Source of the DNA: Bryobacterales bacterium
GTDB lineage: Bacteria > Acidobacteriota > Terriglobia > Bryobacterales > UBA6623
Direction of reading: 5' to 3'
Assembly (NCBI GenBank): GCA_963422305.1
Contig: OY729422.1
Location: forward strand, 2,280,436 to 2,344,435
DNA: 64,000 nt
In this document: piece after piece, positions 28,394-37,520 of the stretch
Position numbering within the stretch: position 1 is the first letter of the stretch
How the letters are laid out: the number at the start of each line of letters is the position of its first letter
Notes under the pieces: generated by a model
Database searches by the model: none
What the model was told of the DNA's origin: nothing
The model's input: the letters and a program-made list of their open reading frames with translations, nothing else
Program-made: the position numbers and the translations under genes

Positions 28394-29827
28394 ATGATTC
28401 ACGTACCGCTTCTCCGTTGGGGGACTCCGCATTTCAGTCTTGATAAGGACGAGGTTGTTCACTTCGATACCGGCGAGCCGATCGCCGAGGTGAGCCGGGC
28501 GCTTCCCGGCGTGGTGCGGCGCGATATGCGCAAAGCCCGCCGCGCCCGAGAAGTCTTGCGCGAAATTCCCTGTCGGGATCTCGTCAAGATGGTGCAGAAC
28601 GCCGCCTGTCTTTTCATGAGCGAGGCTCTGCCGGTAGGCGAGAGCTCACAGACGCCCGGAGATTTCGTGCGCCAGCAGTCCGCCACCACCGGATTGCCCG
28701 AGCACATGTGCCGCAAGAACATGGAAAAGATCAGCTTTGTGCTGACGCAGATGGACCGCATCCTCGACTCGCTCACCCGAGGCCTCGACCTCGATATCCT
28801 GACCGCCGGCTACGGCACGGACAACGCCGACCGACTGCTCAGTTATCAGGCGCAGACCGATGTGCTCGGCATGGTCCTGCCCAGCAATTCGCCCGGCGTA
28901 CATACGTTGTGGATGCCGGTGATTCCGATGCAGATCGGTCTCGTTCTCAAGCCTGGACCCCAAGAGCCCTGGACTCCTTACCGCATGGCCCAGGCGATGT
29001 TCCGGGCGGGAGTGCCGGAGGAAGCGATTTCTCTTTATCCCGGCGGCGGCGATGTGGGCGCGGTCGTTCTCGAAAGCTGCGGCCTGACGATGCTGTTCGG
29101 CAGTCAGGCGACGGCGGACGCGCATGCCGGAAACCCCAAGGTTCAGGTTCACGGCCCCGGATACAGCAAAATCCTCATCGGCGACGACCGCGTCGACGAT
29201 TGGCGCGACTATCTCGATCTGATGGAAACCAGCGTTCTGCTCAACAGCGGGCGAAGTTGCATCAATTGCTCGGCGATCTGGACGCCTCGCCATGGGCGCG
29301 AAATCGCCGAAGCCCTGGCCGAACGGCTGGCTTCGGTGAAGCCCCTGGCGCCGGAAGACCCCGAAGCACCGCTGGCGGCCTTCACCGTGCCCGGCGTGGC
29401 TGAAGCCGTTTCCGCCGCCATCGACCGCGATCTTGAATCGCCGGGGGCCGAGGACTGCACAGCCGACAAGCGTTCCGGGGGGGGCCGCGCCATTACCAGC
29501 AAACATTGCGCCTACCTGCTACCGACGGTCATTTACTGCCAATCGCCCCAGCACCCCATCGCCAAGAAGGAGTTCATGTTCCCCTTCGTCAATGTGGTCG
29601 AATGTCCGCAGGACGAGATGTTGGCCAACATCGGGCCGACGCTGGTGGGCACGGGCATCACCGAAGATCCGGGCTTCCGCCGTGCATTGCTCGACTGCCC
29701 GTCCATCGACCGCTTGAACCTTGGCGCAGTGCCGACGACGCAACTCGACTGGCTGCAGCCGCACGAGGGCAACATCGTCGAATATCTTTATCACGCCCGC
29801 GCCTTCCAGAGCGCGGCCGCGGCTTAG
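28394..29827 (+). CDS. Aldehyde dehydrogenase-superfamily protein, LuxC-like acyl-CoA/acyl-protein reductase candidate
   Basis: LPSNSPGVHTLWMPVIPMQIGLVLKPG (cofactor-binding segment), candidate catalytic Cys in LNSGRSCINCSAIW, and a C-terminal LQPHEGNIVEYLY tail that parallels the LuxC HDG...L tail. About 477 aa. Confidence 0.6.
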   Translation: MIHVPLLRWGTPHFSLDKDEVVHFDTGEPIAEVSRALPGVVRRDMRKARRAREVLREIPCRDLVKMVQNAACLFMSEALPVGESSQTPGDFVRQQSATTGLPEHMCRKNMEKISFVLTQMDRILDSLTRGLDLDILTAGYGTDNADRLLSYQAQTDVLGMVLPSNSPGVHTLWMPVIPMQIGLVLKPGPQEPWTPYRMAQAMFRAGVPEEAISLYPGGGDVGAVVLESCGLTMLFGSQATADAHAGNPKVQVHGPGYSKILIGDDRVDDWRDYLDLMETSVLLNSGRSCINCSAIWTPRHGREIAEALAERLASVKPLAPEDPEAPLAAFTVPGVAEAVSAAIDRDLESPGAEDCTADKRSGGGRAITSKHCAYLLPTVIYCQSPQHPIAKKEFMFPFVNVVECPQDEMLANIGPTLVGTGITEDPGFRRALLDCPSIDRLNLGAVPTTQLDWLQPHEGNIVEYLYHARAFQSAAAA

Positions 29828-29882
29828 CCGTACCGCCCGCCCGACGAGCAAAACAATATAGTTAATAGTTATCGGAACCGCG

Positions 29883-30968
29883 ATGTCTGATTCATTGGAT
29901 GCAAAAATCTCCGCCGCCAAGGCCGCGCTCGACGCGCACGTCCGCGAGATCGTCGCTTGGCACTTCGACCCCGCGACCGGCTGCCCGTTCTGGCTCGGCT
30001 ACGCTCGGGAAAAACTCGACTGGGATCCCCGAGACGCCATCAGCGGCTTCGAAGATCTGAAAAAATTCCCCCTATTCGAAGACGAATGGCTGCGCGGCGG
30101 CCCGGTCCGCCGCTGGGTTCCGAGGGGCTTGGCGGACAAGCCCGTTTACGTGTTCGAGACCGGCGGTACTACCGGAACGCCGAAGTCGCGCATCAGCATT
30201 GACGATTTCCGCGTTGATTATTCGGAATTCAGCAAGACTCTTGCGGACGAGCATTTCCCTCCCGGATCTGACTGGCTGCAATTGGGGCCGAGCGGCCCGC
30301 GGCGTTTGCGGCTGGCTGTGGAGCACTTAGCGCAAGTCCGCGGCGGAATCTGTTTTTCGATCGACCTCGACCCCCGCTGGGTCGTCAAGCTGCTCAGACG
30401 CGGCGACGTGCAAGAGGCCGAGCGCTACCGGCAGCACTGCATCGACCAGGCGGTCACGATCCTCGAAGCCCATCCGAATATCCGCTGCCTCTTCGCCACG
30501 CCGAAGCTACTGGAAGGTCTCTGTGACCGTGTTTCACTCAAGAAATACGGGATCACGGGCGTTTTCTGCGGCGGTACCGAGATGACTCCTGAATTTCATC
30601 GCATGGCTCGGGAGGAACTGCTCGAGGGCGCGTACTTCGCCGCTACCTACGGCAACACGTTGATGGGGCTGGCCTGCCACAAGCCGTTCGATCCGGCGGA
30701 CCATTACGCGATCATCTACTATCCACCCCAACCGCGCGCGGCGCTCGAGGTCTGCGACCCGGACAATTTGAATCGACCCGCGCCTTACGGCGAGACCGGC
30801 CGTACGGTGCTCACGACGCTGACTCGGGAATTTTTCATGCCACGCTTCCCCGAACGCGACATGTGCGAGCGCGAAGCTCCGATCGACCTCTATCCCTGGG
30901 ACGGCGTCAGAAACGTCCGTCCGTTTCAGGACAAGAAGGCGGGACCTGTGACGGTAGGCGTCTATTAG
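29883..30968 (+). CDS. Adenylate-forming enzyme of the LuxE / PaaK / F390-synthetase-like type
   Basis: P-loop-like VFETGGTTGTPKS, preceded by ...EDLKKFPLFEDEWLR. A second glycine motif VFCGGTEMTPEF. At 361 aa it lacks the usual C-terminal ANL subdomain, as LuxE-type enzymes do. Confidence 0.55.
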   Translation: MSDSLDAKISAAKAALDAHVREIVAWHFDPATGCPFWLGYAREKLDWDPRDAISGFEDLKKFPLFEDEWLRGGPVRRWVPRGLADKPVYVFETGGTTGTPKSRISIDDFRVDYSEFSKTLADEHFPPGSDWLQLGPSGPRRLRLAVEHLAQVRGGICFSIDLDPRWVVKLLRRGDVQEAERYRQHCIDQAVTILEAHPNIRCLFATPKLLEGLCDRVSLKKYGITGVFCGGTEMTPEFHRMAREELLEGAYFAATYGNTLMGLACHKPFDPADHYAIIYYPPQPRAALEVCDPDNLNRPAPYGETGRTVLTTLTREFFMPRFPERDMCEREAPIDLYPWDGVRNVRPFQDKKAGPVTVGVY

Positions 30969-31494
30969 TGGAGAGCAAGACCCCTGCGCGGGGCGGCGGC
31001 GCGTCAATGTGCTGCTCGCGCGGCCTCACCGAGCGGTGGCGGGCGAAGATCCGCAGCGCAACGTATGGCGGCCGATCCTTCCTCGGCGGCGTACGCGGAC
31101 GCTTGGACGGTAGCGCAATGCAAGCACAGCTTCGTCGCGATTCATGCGGCAAACTGTCTCAACTCAAGTGGCCGCGCGTTACCGCCCGCCGCCTGTTTTC
31201 AATAGAAAAAAACAGCCCGCAACAAATTCAGTCTTGCCGGAGATTTTCTTGAATGTCCAGGCTGCCGCGGCCGTAACCGCCGGCGCAGCGCACGCCTATC
31301 GAGGACGGCCCCGCTTGCCGCAGCGCTCCAATCAACTCTCCGCAGAGCGCTCGCGCCCGCAGTTGAAAGATGAGGAATTTAACCATGATTGCCGGAGTGA
31401 GAGAAAATGCTCGGTTGCGGCGAAAGATCGAAGTTGCACAACTGCGCTTCGTCGAAAATCCGGTGCGCAATCGAATGACAACTACACTGGAGAG

Positions 31495-32721
31495 ATGGGT
31501 CGCGAGAAGCTCGCGCTGCATGGGGGAAGTCCCGTTAGGACCGCCCTTTATCCGGTGTGGCCGCGGCTCGGCGAAGGCGATGTCGATGCCGTCGCCGCCG
31601 TGCTCGAAAGCTCCGACTGGGGAGGCTCAGGCTCATCCGCCGCGCAGTTCGAGGCATTGTTCGCACAGGTCCACGACGCCTCCCACGGCATCGCGGTCGC
31701 CAACGGCAGCTTGGCACTGGAGTTGTCGCTGCTTGCGGCCGGCATCGGTCCCGGCGATGAGGTCATTGTTCCTGCTCACAGCTTTATTGCGACCGCGGCG
31801 GCGGCGGCGCGCATCGGCGCGGTCCCCGTCTTCACGGATATCGAGGCAACGACGTACAACATCGATCCCGAGCGCGTTGTTGAAACCGTCGGCGAAAAGA
31901 CAGCCGCCGTCATAGTCGTTCACTTCGGCGGGGTGGTGGCGGACATGGACCGGCTGAATGACCTCGCTGCCAGGCACGGTTTCCTGCTGATCGAAGACGC
32001 CGCTCACGCCCACGGCGCCGAGTGGCACGGCAAACGCGCGGGCAGCTTCGGCGCCGCCGGCGCGTTCAGCTTTCAGAACTCGAAGGCCATGACTGCGGGC
32101 GAAGGCGGCATCGTCATTACCAGCGACGAAGACCTGGCGTCGAAAGCCCGCTCGATCGCCAATGCCGGACGCCGCCCCGACCGCGGCTGGTTTGAACATT
32201 TCGACTTGGGGACGAATCTGCGGTTGACGTCGATTCAGGCGGCAATCTTGTCCAAGCAACTCGAGCGCCTGCCGGGTGAAATCCGGCTCAGAGAACGCAA
32301 CAACGTTGCGTTCGAACAAGAGCTCGCCGGCGTCGACGGGATTTATCTGCAAGAAGCGCCGGCCGGGGTTTCGACGCAAACGCGCTACATCCGACCGGGC
32401 CGAATTCTAGAAAATTCCTTCGGCATCGGCCGTGACACATTCGTCGAGGCGATGCAGGCCGAAGGCATCCCCATACGACCCTTTTACCCGCACCCGCTAT
32501 ACCGCAACCTGCTGTTCCAAGACCATGAGCACCGCGCCGCCACATGCCCCGTCGCCGAGCAGTCGTCGAAGGATTCGTTCTGGCTGCCGATGAACCTCTT
32601 CATGGGCAGCGAAGACGACGCAGTGGACATCGCCCGCGCCATGCGCAAAATCCATAAAACCGTGAAGCCGAAAGCCAAGAAACCGCGCACGAACGGCCAA
32701 GCGGCCGCCGGAGATGGCTGA
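31495..32721 (+). CDS. DegT/DnrJ/EryC1/StrS-family PLP aminotransferase
   Basis: ATG after GGAGAG. LALHGGSPVR, GIAVANGSLALELSL, DEVIVPAHSFIATA, EDAAHAHGA, FSFQNSKAMTAGEGG (PLP lysine). The 117-codon N-terminal extension in track ORF 31144 looks non-coding. Confidence 0.85.
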   Translation: MGREKLALHGGSPVRTALYPVWPRLGEGDVDAVAAVLESSDWGGSGSSAAQFEALFAQVHDASHGIAVANGSLALELSLLAAGIGPGDEVIVPAHSFIATAAAAARIGAVPVFTDIEATTYNIDPERVVETVGEKTAAVIVVHFGGVVADMDRLNDLAARHGFLLIEDAAHAHGAEWHGKRAGSFGAAGAFSFQNSKAMTAGEGGIVITSDEDLASKARSIANAGRRPDRGWFEHFDLGTNLRLTSIQAAILSKQLERLPGEIRLRERNNVAFEQELAGVDGIYLQEAPAGVSTQTRYIRPGRILENSFGIGRDTFVEAMQAEGIPIRPFYPHPLYRNLLFQDHEHRAATCPVAEQSSKDSFWLPMNLFMGSEDDAVDIARAMRKIHKTVKPKAKKPRTNGQAAAGDG

Positions 32722-32769
32722 TGCCGCTCGGGCCCGTTTTACAATGGTCGGTTGCCTGCAGGAGGCCCC

Positions 32770-33075
32770 GTGATCGATGTCGTCGCAACCGTGACCGTCC
32801 ATGAAGACGCGCTCGAAGAGTATCTCGAAAAGTTCAAGGCGAACGTTGCCAACGTACTTGCCGAAGACGGCTGTATCCACTACTACCCGACCGTCGATTT
32901 CGATACGGGCTGGAAGCGGCAAGCGAAAGATCCGCAAACCGTAACCGTTATCGAGTGCTGGGAAAGCATGGACGCGCTGCAAGCGCATGCACAGGCTCCG
33001 CATATGGCCGCCCTCCGCGAGGCGACCCAAGGGATGGTCACGGCCATTCAACTGAAAGTCCTGCAGCAAGCTTGA
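32770..33075 (+). CDS. ABM-domain (antibiotic biosynthesis monooxygenase-fold, YgiN-like) protein
   Basis: GTG start 4 nt after GGAGG. VIDVVATVTVHEDALEEYLEKFKANV...C..Y.....VIECWESMDALQAHAQAPHM is typical of the ABM ferredoxin-like fold. Confidence 0.7.
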   Translation: MIDVVATVTVHEDALEEYLEKFKANVANVLAEDGCIHYYPTVDFDTGWKRQAKDPQTVTVIECWESMDALQAHAQAPHMAALREATQGMVTAIQLKVLQQA

Positions 33076-33105
33076 CGGCAGCAGACCGCGGAAGAAATCG
33101 CTCAA

Positions 33106-33789
33106 TCAAGCCGTGTCGCGAATCAACCCCATCGACCGCGATTCGTCTTCGATATCCCGCAGCCGGCGGACGGCCAGATACATCAGCGGCGTATCGAGCA
33201 GCGCAGCCAGCAGCTTAAAGGCATAACCCGAGGCGATGACGGCGACGAGCTGCTCTCTCGTCCATACGCCGTAGAATAGAATCGTTACGACAGCGACGGT
33301 ATCGACCAGTTGGCTGAGCATTGTCGAACCGTTATTACGCAGCCACAGGTGTTTCCCGCCGGTGAGCCGCCGCCAAAAATGGTACAGGCGAACGTCGAGA
33401 AACTGTGCCAGCAAGTAGGCGACCATGCTGGCAAAAATTGCTCGGGCGGTCTGGCCGAATACCGCCTCGTAGTGTTCCTGGATGGCTGTTGCGTCCTGCA
33501 AGTGCGACACCGGCGCCACGCGGCCGATTTGCAGGATCAACAACAGGTAGCCACTCACCAGCAATCCGGTTATGACCACCGCATCCGCCCGTTTTTTGCC
33601 GTAAAGCTCGCTGATCAAGTCGGTGCATAAAAACGTCACCGGATAGGGAATCACGCCCACGCTCAGAGTCACGACTCCTACGAACGGCAACGAGACATCG
33701 AAAAACTTGAAGACCAGAGAGTTGGCAATGACCAGACTCGCCAGAAAAATACCGGAAAGAAAAAGAAAAACGAAGTCGTAGCGCCGCAT
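33106..33789 (-). CDS. yhhQ: Queuosine-precursor transporter (YhhQ / VUT family, DUF165)
   Basis: IANSLVFKFF..., YPVTFLCTDLISELYGKKRA, six TM helices, C-terminal LLDTPLMYL. Confidence 0.8.
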   Translation of the reverse strand: MRRYDFVFLFLSGIFLASLVIANSLVFKFFDVSLPFVGVVTLSVGVIPYPVTFLCTDLISELYGKKRADAVVITGLLVSGYLLLILQIGRVAPVSHLQDATAIQEHYEAVFGQTARAIFASMVAYLLAQFLDVRLYHFWRRLTGGKHLWLRNNGSTMLSQLVDTVAVVTILFYGVWTREQLVAVIASGYAFKLLAALLDTPLMYLAVRRLRDIEDESRSMGLIRDTA

Positions 33790-33833
33790 GAAACTCTAGG
33801 CAAGGGTAATATAAAAGGCGCTATGGAACGTCG

Positions 33834-35188
33834 ATGAAATCTCACCCGACGTCAGGCGATTCGCTCGCCGGGGGCGGTTTGCTCTTGCCCGGTCTGCTAT
33901 CGGACATGATGGCAGATTCGGCCGGCAACTCGCTTGCACCTCGGAGGCCTCACTTCGAAGCGAAGGCCAAGCGCGTCATTTTCCTGTTTATGACCGTCGG
34001 CGTCTCGCACGTCGAAACCTTCGACCCCAAGCATTTTCTGTGCGAGCGCCACAACGAGCCGCGCAATAAAAACTCGGTTTACAAAGGAGCGGATTGGGAA
34101 TTCCAACGTTACGGCCGCAGCAGTATCGAAGTCAGCGATCTGTTCCCGCACATCGGTAACGTCATCGACGATATCGCCGTAATCCGCTCGATGAAAAACA
34201 TCAACGGCGATCGCTTCGGCGCGACCATCGGCATCCACACGGCATCGGTCACGTTCAACCGTCCGAGCATCGGCTCGTGGGTCAACTACGGACTCGGCAC
34301 GGAGAATCGAAACCTGCCGTCGTTCATGGTGATTGCCCCGTAAATTCTCTACGCCGGCGGCCAGGTATGGGGATCGGACTTCCTGCCCGTGCTGCACTAG
34401 GGCGCGCGCATCGTTCCCGGCGATGAATCCATCGCCAACATGCGCCGCCACGCTCCGTTCTCCGAAGCGCGAAGAACTGAGCTGGACATGCTCGACTATT
34501 TCAACCGGCAGCACTTGCGGGGCCGCGAGATCGACTCCAACCTCAGTGCGCGCATCAAGTCGTTCGCAACGTCGTTCGGGATGCAGCCCGCGGCTCCGGA
34601 GGCGTTCGACCTGTCCGGCGAGACCGACGCTACGCTGAAACTGTACGGTCTCGAGCGCGGCAGCGCCGAAGGCTTCGCTTGGCAGTGCATCGTCGCCCGC
34701 CGGTTGGCTGAGCGCGGCGTACGGTTCGTCGAGCTCATTGACGGCGGAACGTCGCCCGAAAAAACTGGGACTCGCACGCCAAGATGGCCAACTATGACAA
34801 GCCGGGGCGCAACGTCGATCAGTCTGTCGCGGCTTTGCTCAAGAATCTCAAGTCGCGGGGCATGCTCGAGGACACGATCATCGCCTGGACGACGGAGTTC
34901 GAACGCACCCCGTTTTACCCGGCGCCGAACGTCGAAGGACGCGGGTGCCACGCCAGAGTTTACAGTTCATGGCTCGCGGGCGGAGGCATCAAGGGAGGCG
35001 TGGTTTACGGCGCCGGCGACGAGAGAGGCGAGGAAGCAGCCGAGAACGTCATATCGGTGCATGACTACCAAGCTACGATCCTCAATCAGTTCGGCCTCGA
35101 CCACGAGAAATTGACCTATCGCCACGCCGGACGCGACTTCCGTCTGACGGACGTGCATGGCAAGGCGCTCCACGAGATCATCGCCTGA
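33834..35188 (+). pseudogene. DUF1501 (sulfatase-like fold) gene, inactivated
   Basis: AKRVIFLFMTVGVSHVETFDPK and ...GGGIKGGVVYGAGDE..., [20 protein letters not shown] match the intact paralog at 51484-52920. In-frame TAA at 34341-34343 and TAG at 34398-34400. A frameshift at the A6 run 34759-34764 splits the ...SPEK | NWDSHAKMANYDK junction. The canonical FMxGG reads FMTVG. Confidence 0.75.
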
Positions 35189-35238
35189 CGCGGGGGCTGC
35201 CGGCACGGCCGTTCCGCCGGCAGTGCGAAACTAGAGCT

Positions 35239-37518
35239 ATGCCGGAACGCAGGCAGGCCGCTCTCGATTACCATGCTCTCCCTACTCCCGGGAAAATTTC
35301 GGTAACGCCGACCAAGCCTGCCGACACGCAGCTCGATTTGAGTCTCGCCTACTCTCCCGGGGTTGCCGACGCCTGCCTGGAAATCGCGCGCGACCCGAAG
35401 CTGTCGGGACGCTACACATCCCGCGCCAATCTGGTCGCCGTAGTGTCGAACGGCTCCGCCGTTCTCGGTCTCGGCGATATCGGCCCGCAGGCAAGCAAGC
35501 CCGTCATGGAAGGCAAGGCGGTTTTATTCAAGCGTTTCGCAGACATCGACGTTTTCGATCTCGAGGTCAACACGCCCGATCCGGACGAGTTGATCCGTAC
35601 CGTCGAGCTTCTCGAACCGACCTTCGGCGGAGTCAATCTCGAAGACATCAAGGCCCCGGAGTGCTTCTACATCGAAGAAGAGCTGCGCAAGCGGATGAAC
35701 ATCCCTGTGTTCCATGACGACCAGCACGGAACCGCGATCATCAGCGGCGCAGCCTTGCTCAATGCAGTCGAAATCGTCGGCAAGCGGCTCGATTTGGTGC
35801 GGGTTGTCATCAACGGCGCCGGAGCGGCCGCCATGTCGTGCGCGGGCCTCTATGAACGGCTTGGAGTGAAGCCCGAAAACCTGCTGATGCTCGATTCTCT
35901 GGGTGTAATCCACGAGGGCAGGACAAAGAGGATGAATCCTTTCAAGGAAAGGGTTGTCCGCAAGACGCATCTGCGCACCCTTGAAGAGGCCGTCCGAGAC
36001 GCCGATGTCTTCGTCGGTCTCTCGGTGGCCGGCGTGCTGACTCCCGAGATGCTGCGCTCGATGGCGGAGAGACCGATTGTTTTCGCACTGGCCAACCCCG
36101 ACCCCGAAATCCAGTACGAAACCGCCGTTGCCGTGCGCGATGACGTCATCGTCGCCACAGGGCGCTCCGACTATCCCAACCAGGTCAACAACGTCCTCGG
36201 ATTCCCCTCCATCTTCCGTGGAGCGCTCGACGTGGAAGCGACCGGCATCAACGAAGAAATGAAGCTGGCGGCCGTCCGTGCGCTCGCCCAACTCACGCGC
36301 GAGGATGTCCCCGACGCCGTACGCCGCATTTACGCCTCGGAAGGACTGGAGTTCGGCCCGCGTTACATCATTCCCAAACCGTTCGACCCGCGCGTTTTGC
36401 AGACCGTAGCCTGCGCCGTCGCTCAGGCGGCTATGGCTTCGGGGACGGCGCAAAAGACAGTCGATCCCGTGGAATACCGCAAATCGCTGGCGGTGCGTCT
36501 CGACAGCTCGCAGGAAGCGTTTCAACTTATCATTCGACGCGCTCAGGCCGACCCGCGACCGATCGTATTGCCTGAAGGCGACAACGAAAAAATTCTTCGC
36601 GCGGCGCATGTTTTGTGTCGGGAACGCATCGCTAAGCCCGTGCTGCTCGGTTGGCGGGAAACCGTCATCGAAAGAGCGGAAGAGTTGCGCCTACCCACCG
36701 CCGGCTGGGAGATCGTCGACCCGCGCGAGTTTCCGCGCATGGGCGAATACGCCCGCGCGTTATTCGCGATCCGCCAACGAAAAGGCTGCACGCTGGAGCA
36801 TGCCTACAGGATGCTGCAAGATCGGATGACGCTCGGCGCAATGATGGTTCGCCTCGGCGATGTTGCCGGCATGGTTGCCGGCATCACGCGGCATTATCCG
36901 GAGACCCTGCGTAAAGCCCTGGAGGTGATCGATCTGCGGCCTGGAGTACGCAAGGTTTCGGGCCTCTACATGCTCATCATCAACCGCAAGATCTATTTAC
37001 TGGCGGATACCACGGTCAACATCGACCCCAGCGCGCAAGACCTCGCCGAAAGTACCTTGTTGGCCGCTCGGCGGGCGCGGAGGCTCGACATTGAGCCCCG
37101 CGTCGCCATGTTGTCGTTTTCAAATTTCGGCTCGGCGCGGCATCCGCAGTCGGACAAGGTGCGTCGAGCGGTCGAACTCGTCAAAGGGCAAGACCCGACG
37201 CTCGTTGTCGACGGCGAAATGCAGGCCGACACGGCGCTTGACCCTGAAATGATTCGCGAATTTTTCCCCTTTTCAAAGCTGCGCTCCGAGGCGAACTTGT
37301 TTGTTTTCCCCAATCTCGATTCCGCGAACATCGCATACAAGCTGCTGAAGAAGCTTGCCGGAGCTCGCGCCATCGGCCCGATCCTGATGGGCATGCAGAA
37401 ACCGGTCGCCGTCCTGCAAAAAGGATTCGACATCGAAGATGTCGTCGCCATGTCGGCAATCACGGTCCACGACGCGCAAGAGAAACGGGCGTCTTCGGCA
37501 ATGATCGCTGCCGATTGA
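35239..37518 (+). CDS. maeB: NADP-dependent malic enzyme (malic enzyme plus phosphotransacetylase-like domain)
   Basis: [52 protein letters not shown]-terminal PTA-like domain. 759 aa. Confidence 0.9.
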   Translation: MPERRQAALDYHALPTPGKISVTPTKPADTQLDLSLAYSPGVADACLEIARDPKLSGRYTSRANLVAVVSNGSAVLGLGDIGPQASKPVMEGKAVLFKRFADIDVFDLEVNTPDPDELIRTVELLEPTFGGVNLEDIKAPECFYIEEELRKRMNIPVFHDDQHGTAIISGAALLNAVEIVGKRLDLVRVVINGAGAAAMSCAGLYERLGVKPENLLMLDSLGVIHEGRTKRMNPFKERVVRKTHLRTLEEAVRDADVFVGLSVAGVLTPEMLRSMAERPIVFALANPDPEIQYETAVAVRDDVIVATGRSDYPNQVNNVLGFPSIFRGALDVEATGINEEMKLAAVRALAQLTREDVPDAVRRIYASEGLEFGPRYIIPKPFDPRVLQTVACAVAQAAMASGTAQKTVDPVEYRKSLAVRLDSSQEAFQLIIRRAQADPRPIVLPEGDNEKILRAAHVLCRERIAKPVLLGWRETVIERAEELRLPTAGWEIVDPREFPRMGEYARALFAIRQRKGCTLEHAYRMLQDRMTLGAMMVRLGDVAGMVAGITRHYPETLRKALEVIDLRPGVRKVSGLYMLIINRKIYLLADTTVNIDPSAQDLAESTLLAARRARRLDIEPRVAMLSFSNFGSARHPQSDKVRRAVELVKGQDPTLVVDGEMQADTALDPEMIREFFPFSKLRSEANLFVFPNLDSANIAYKLLKKLAGARAIGPILMGMQKPVAVLQKGFDIEDVVAMSAITVHDAQEKRASSAMIAAD

Positions 37519-37520
37519 GA

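Noticed and set aside
31144-31494. A 117-codon N-terminal extension of the DegT ORF, and track ORF 31370..31915.
   Set aside because: The extension is low-complexity (Arg/Pro/Ala/Gln-rich) with no DegT similarity. A GGAGAG RBS precedes the ATG at 31495, where the conserved LALHGG start begins. ORF 31370 is an alternative frame overlapping DegT.
33790-33833. A preQ1 riboswitch upstream of the YhhQ queuosine-precursor transporter.
   Set aside because: Only 44 nt of intergenic sequence is available. It contains ACCC and CUAGAG but lacks the P1 stem and A-rich tail of preQ1 class I, so there is no convincing fold.
34341-34400. Possible stop-codon reassignment, readthrough or selenocysteine to explain the in-frame stops (TAA 34341, TAG 34398, TGA 40850, TAA 43318, TAG 55761).
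   Set aside because: All three stop codons occur in-frame, always in genes that also carry frameshifts or deletions, and the same codons terminate dozens of intact genes here. The only in-frame TGA is in a transporter at a Trp position, not at a molybdoenzyme Sec site. The molybdoenzyme's in-frame stop is TAA.
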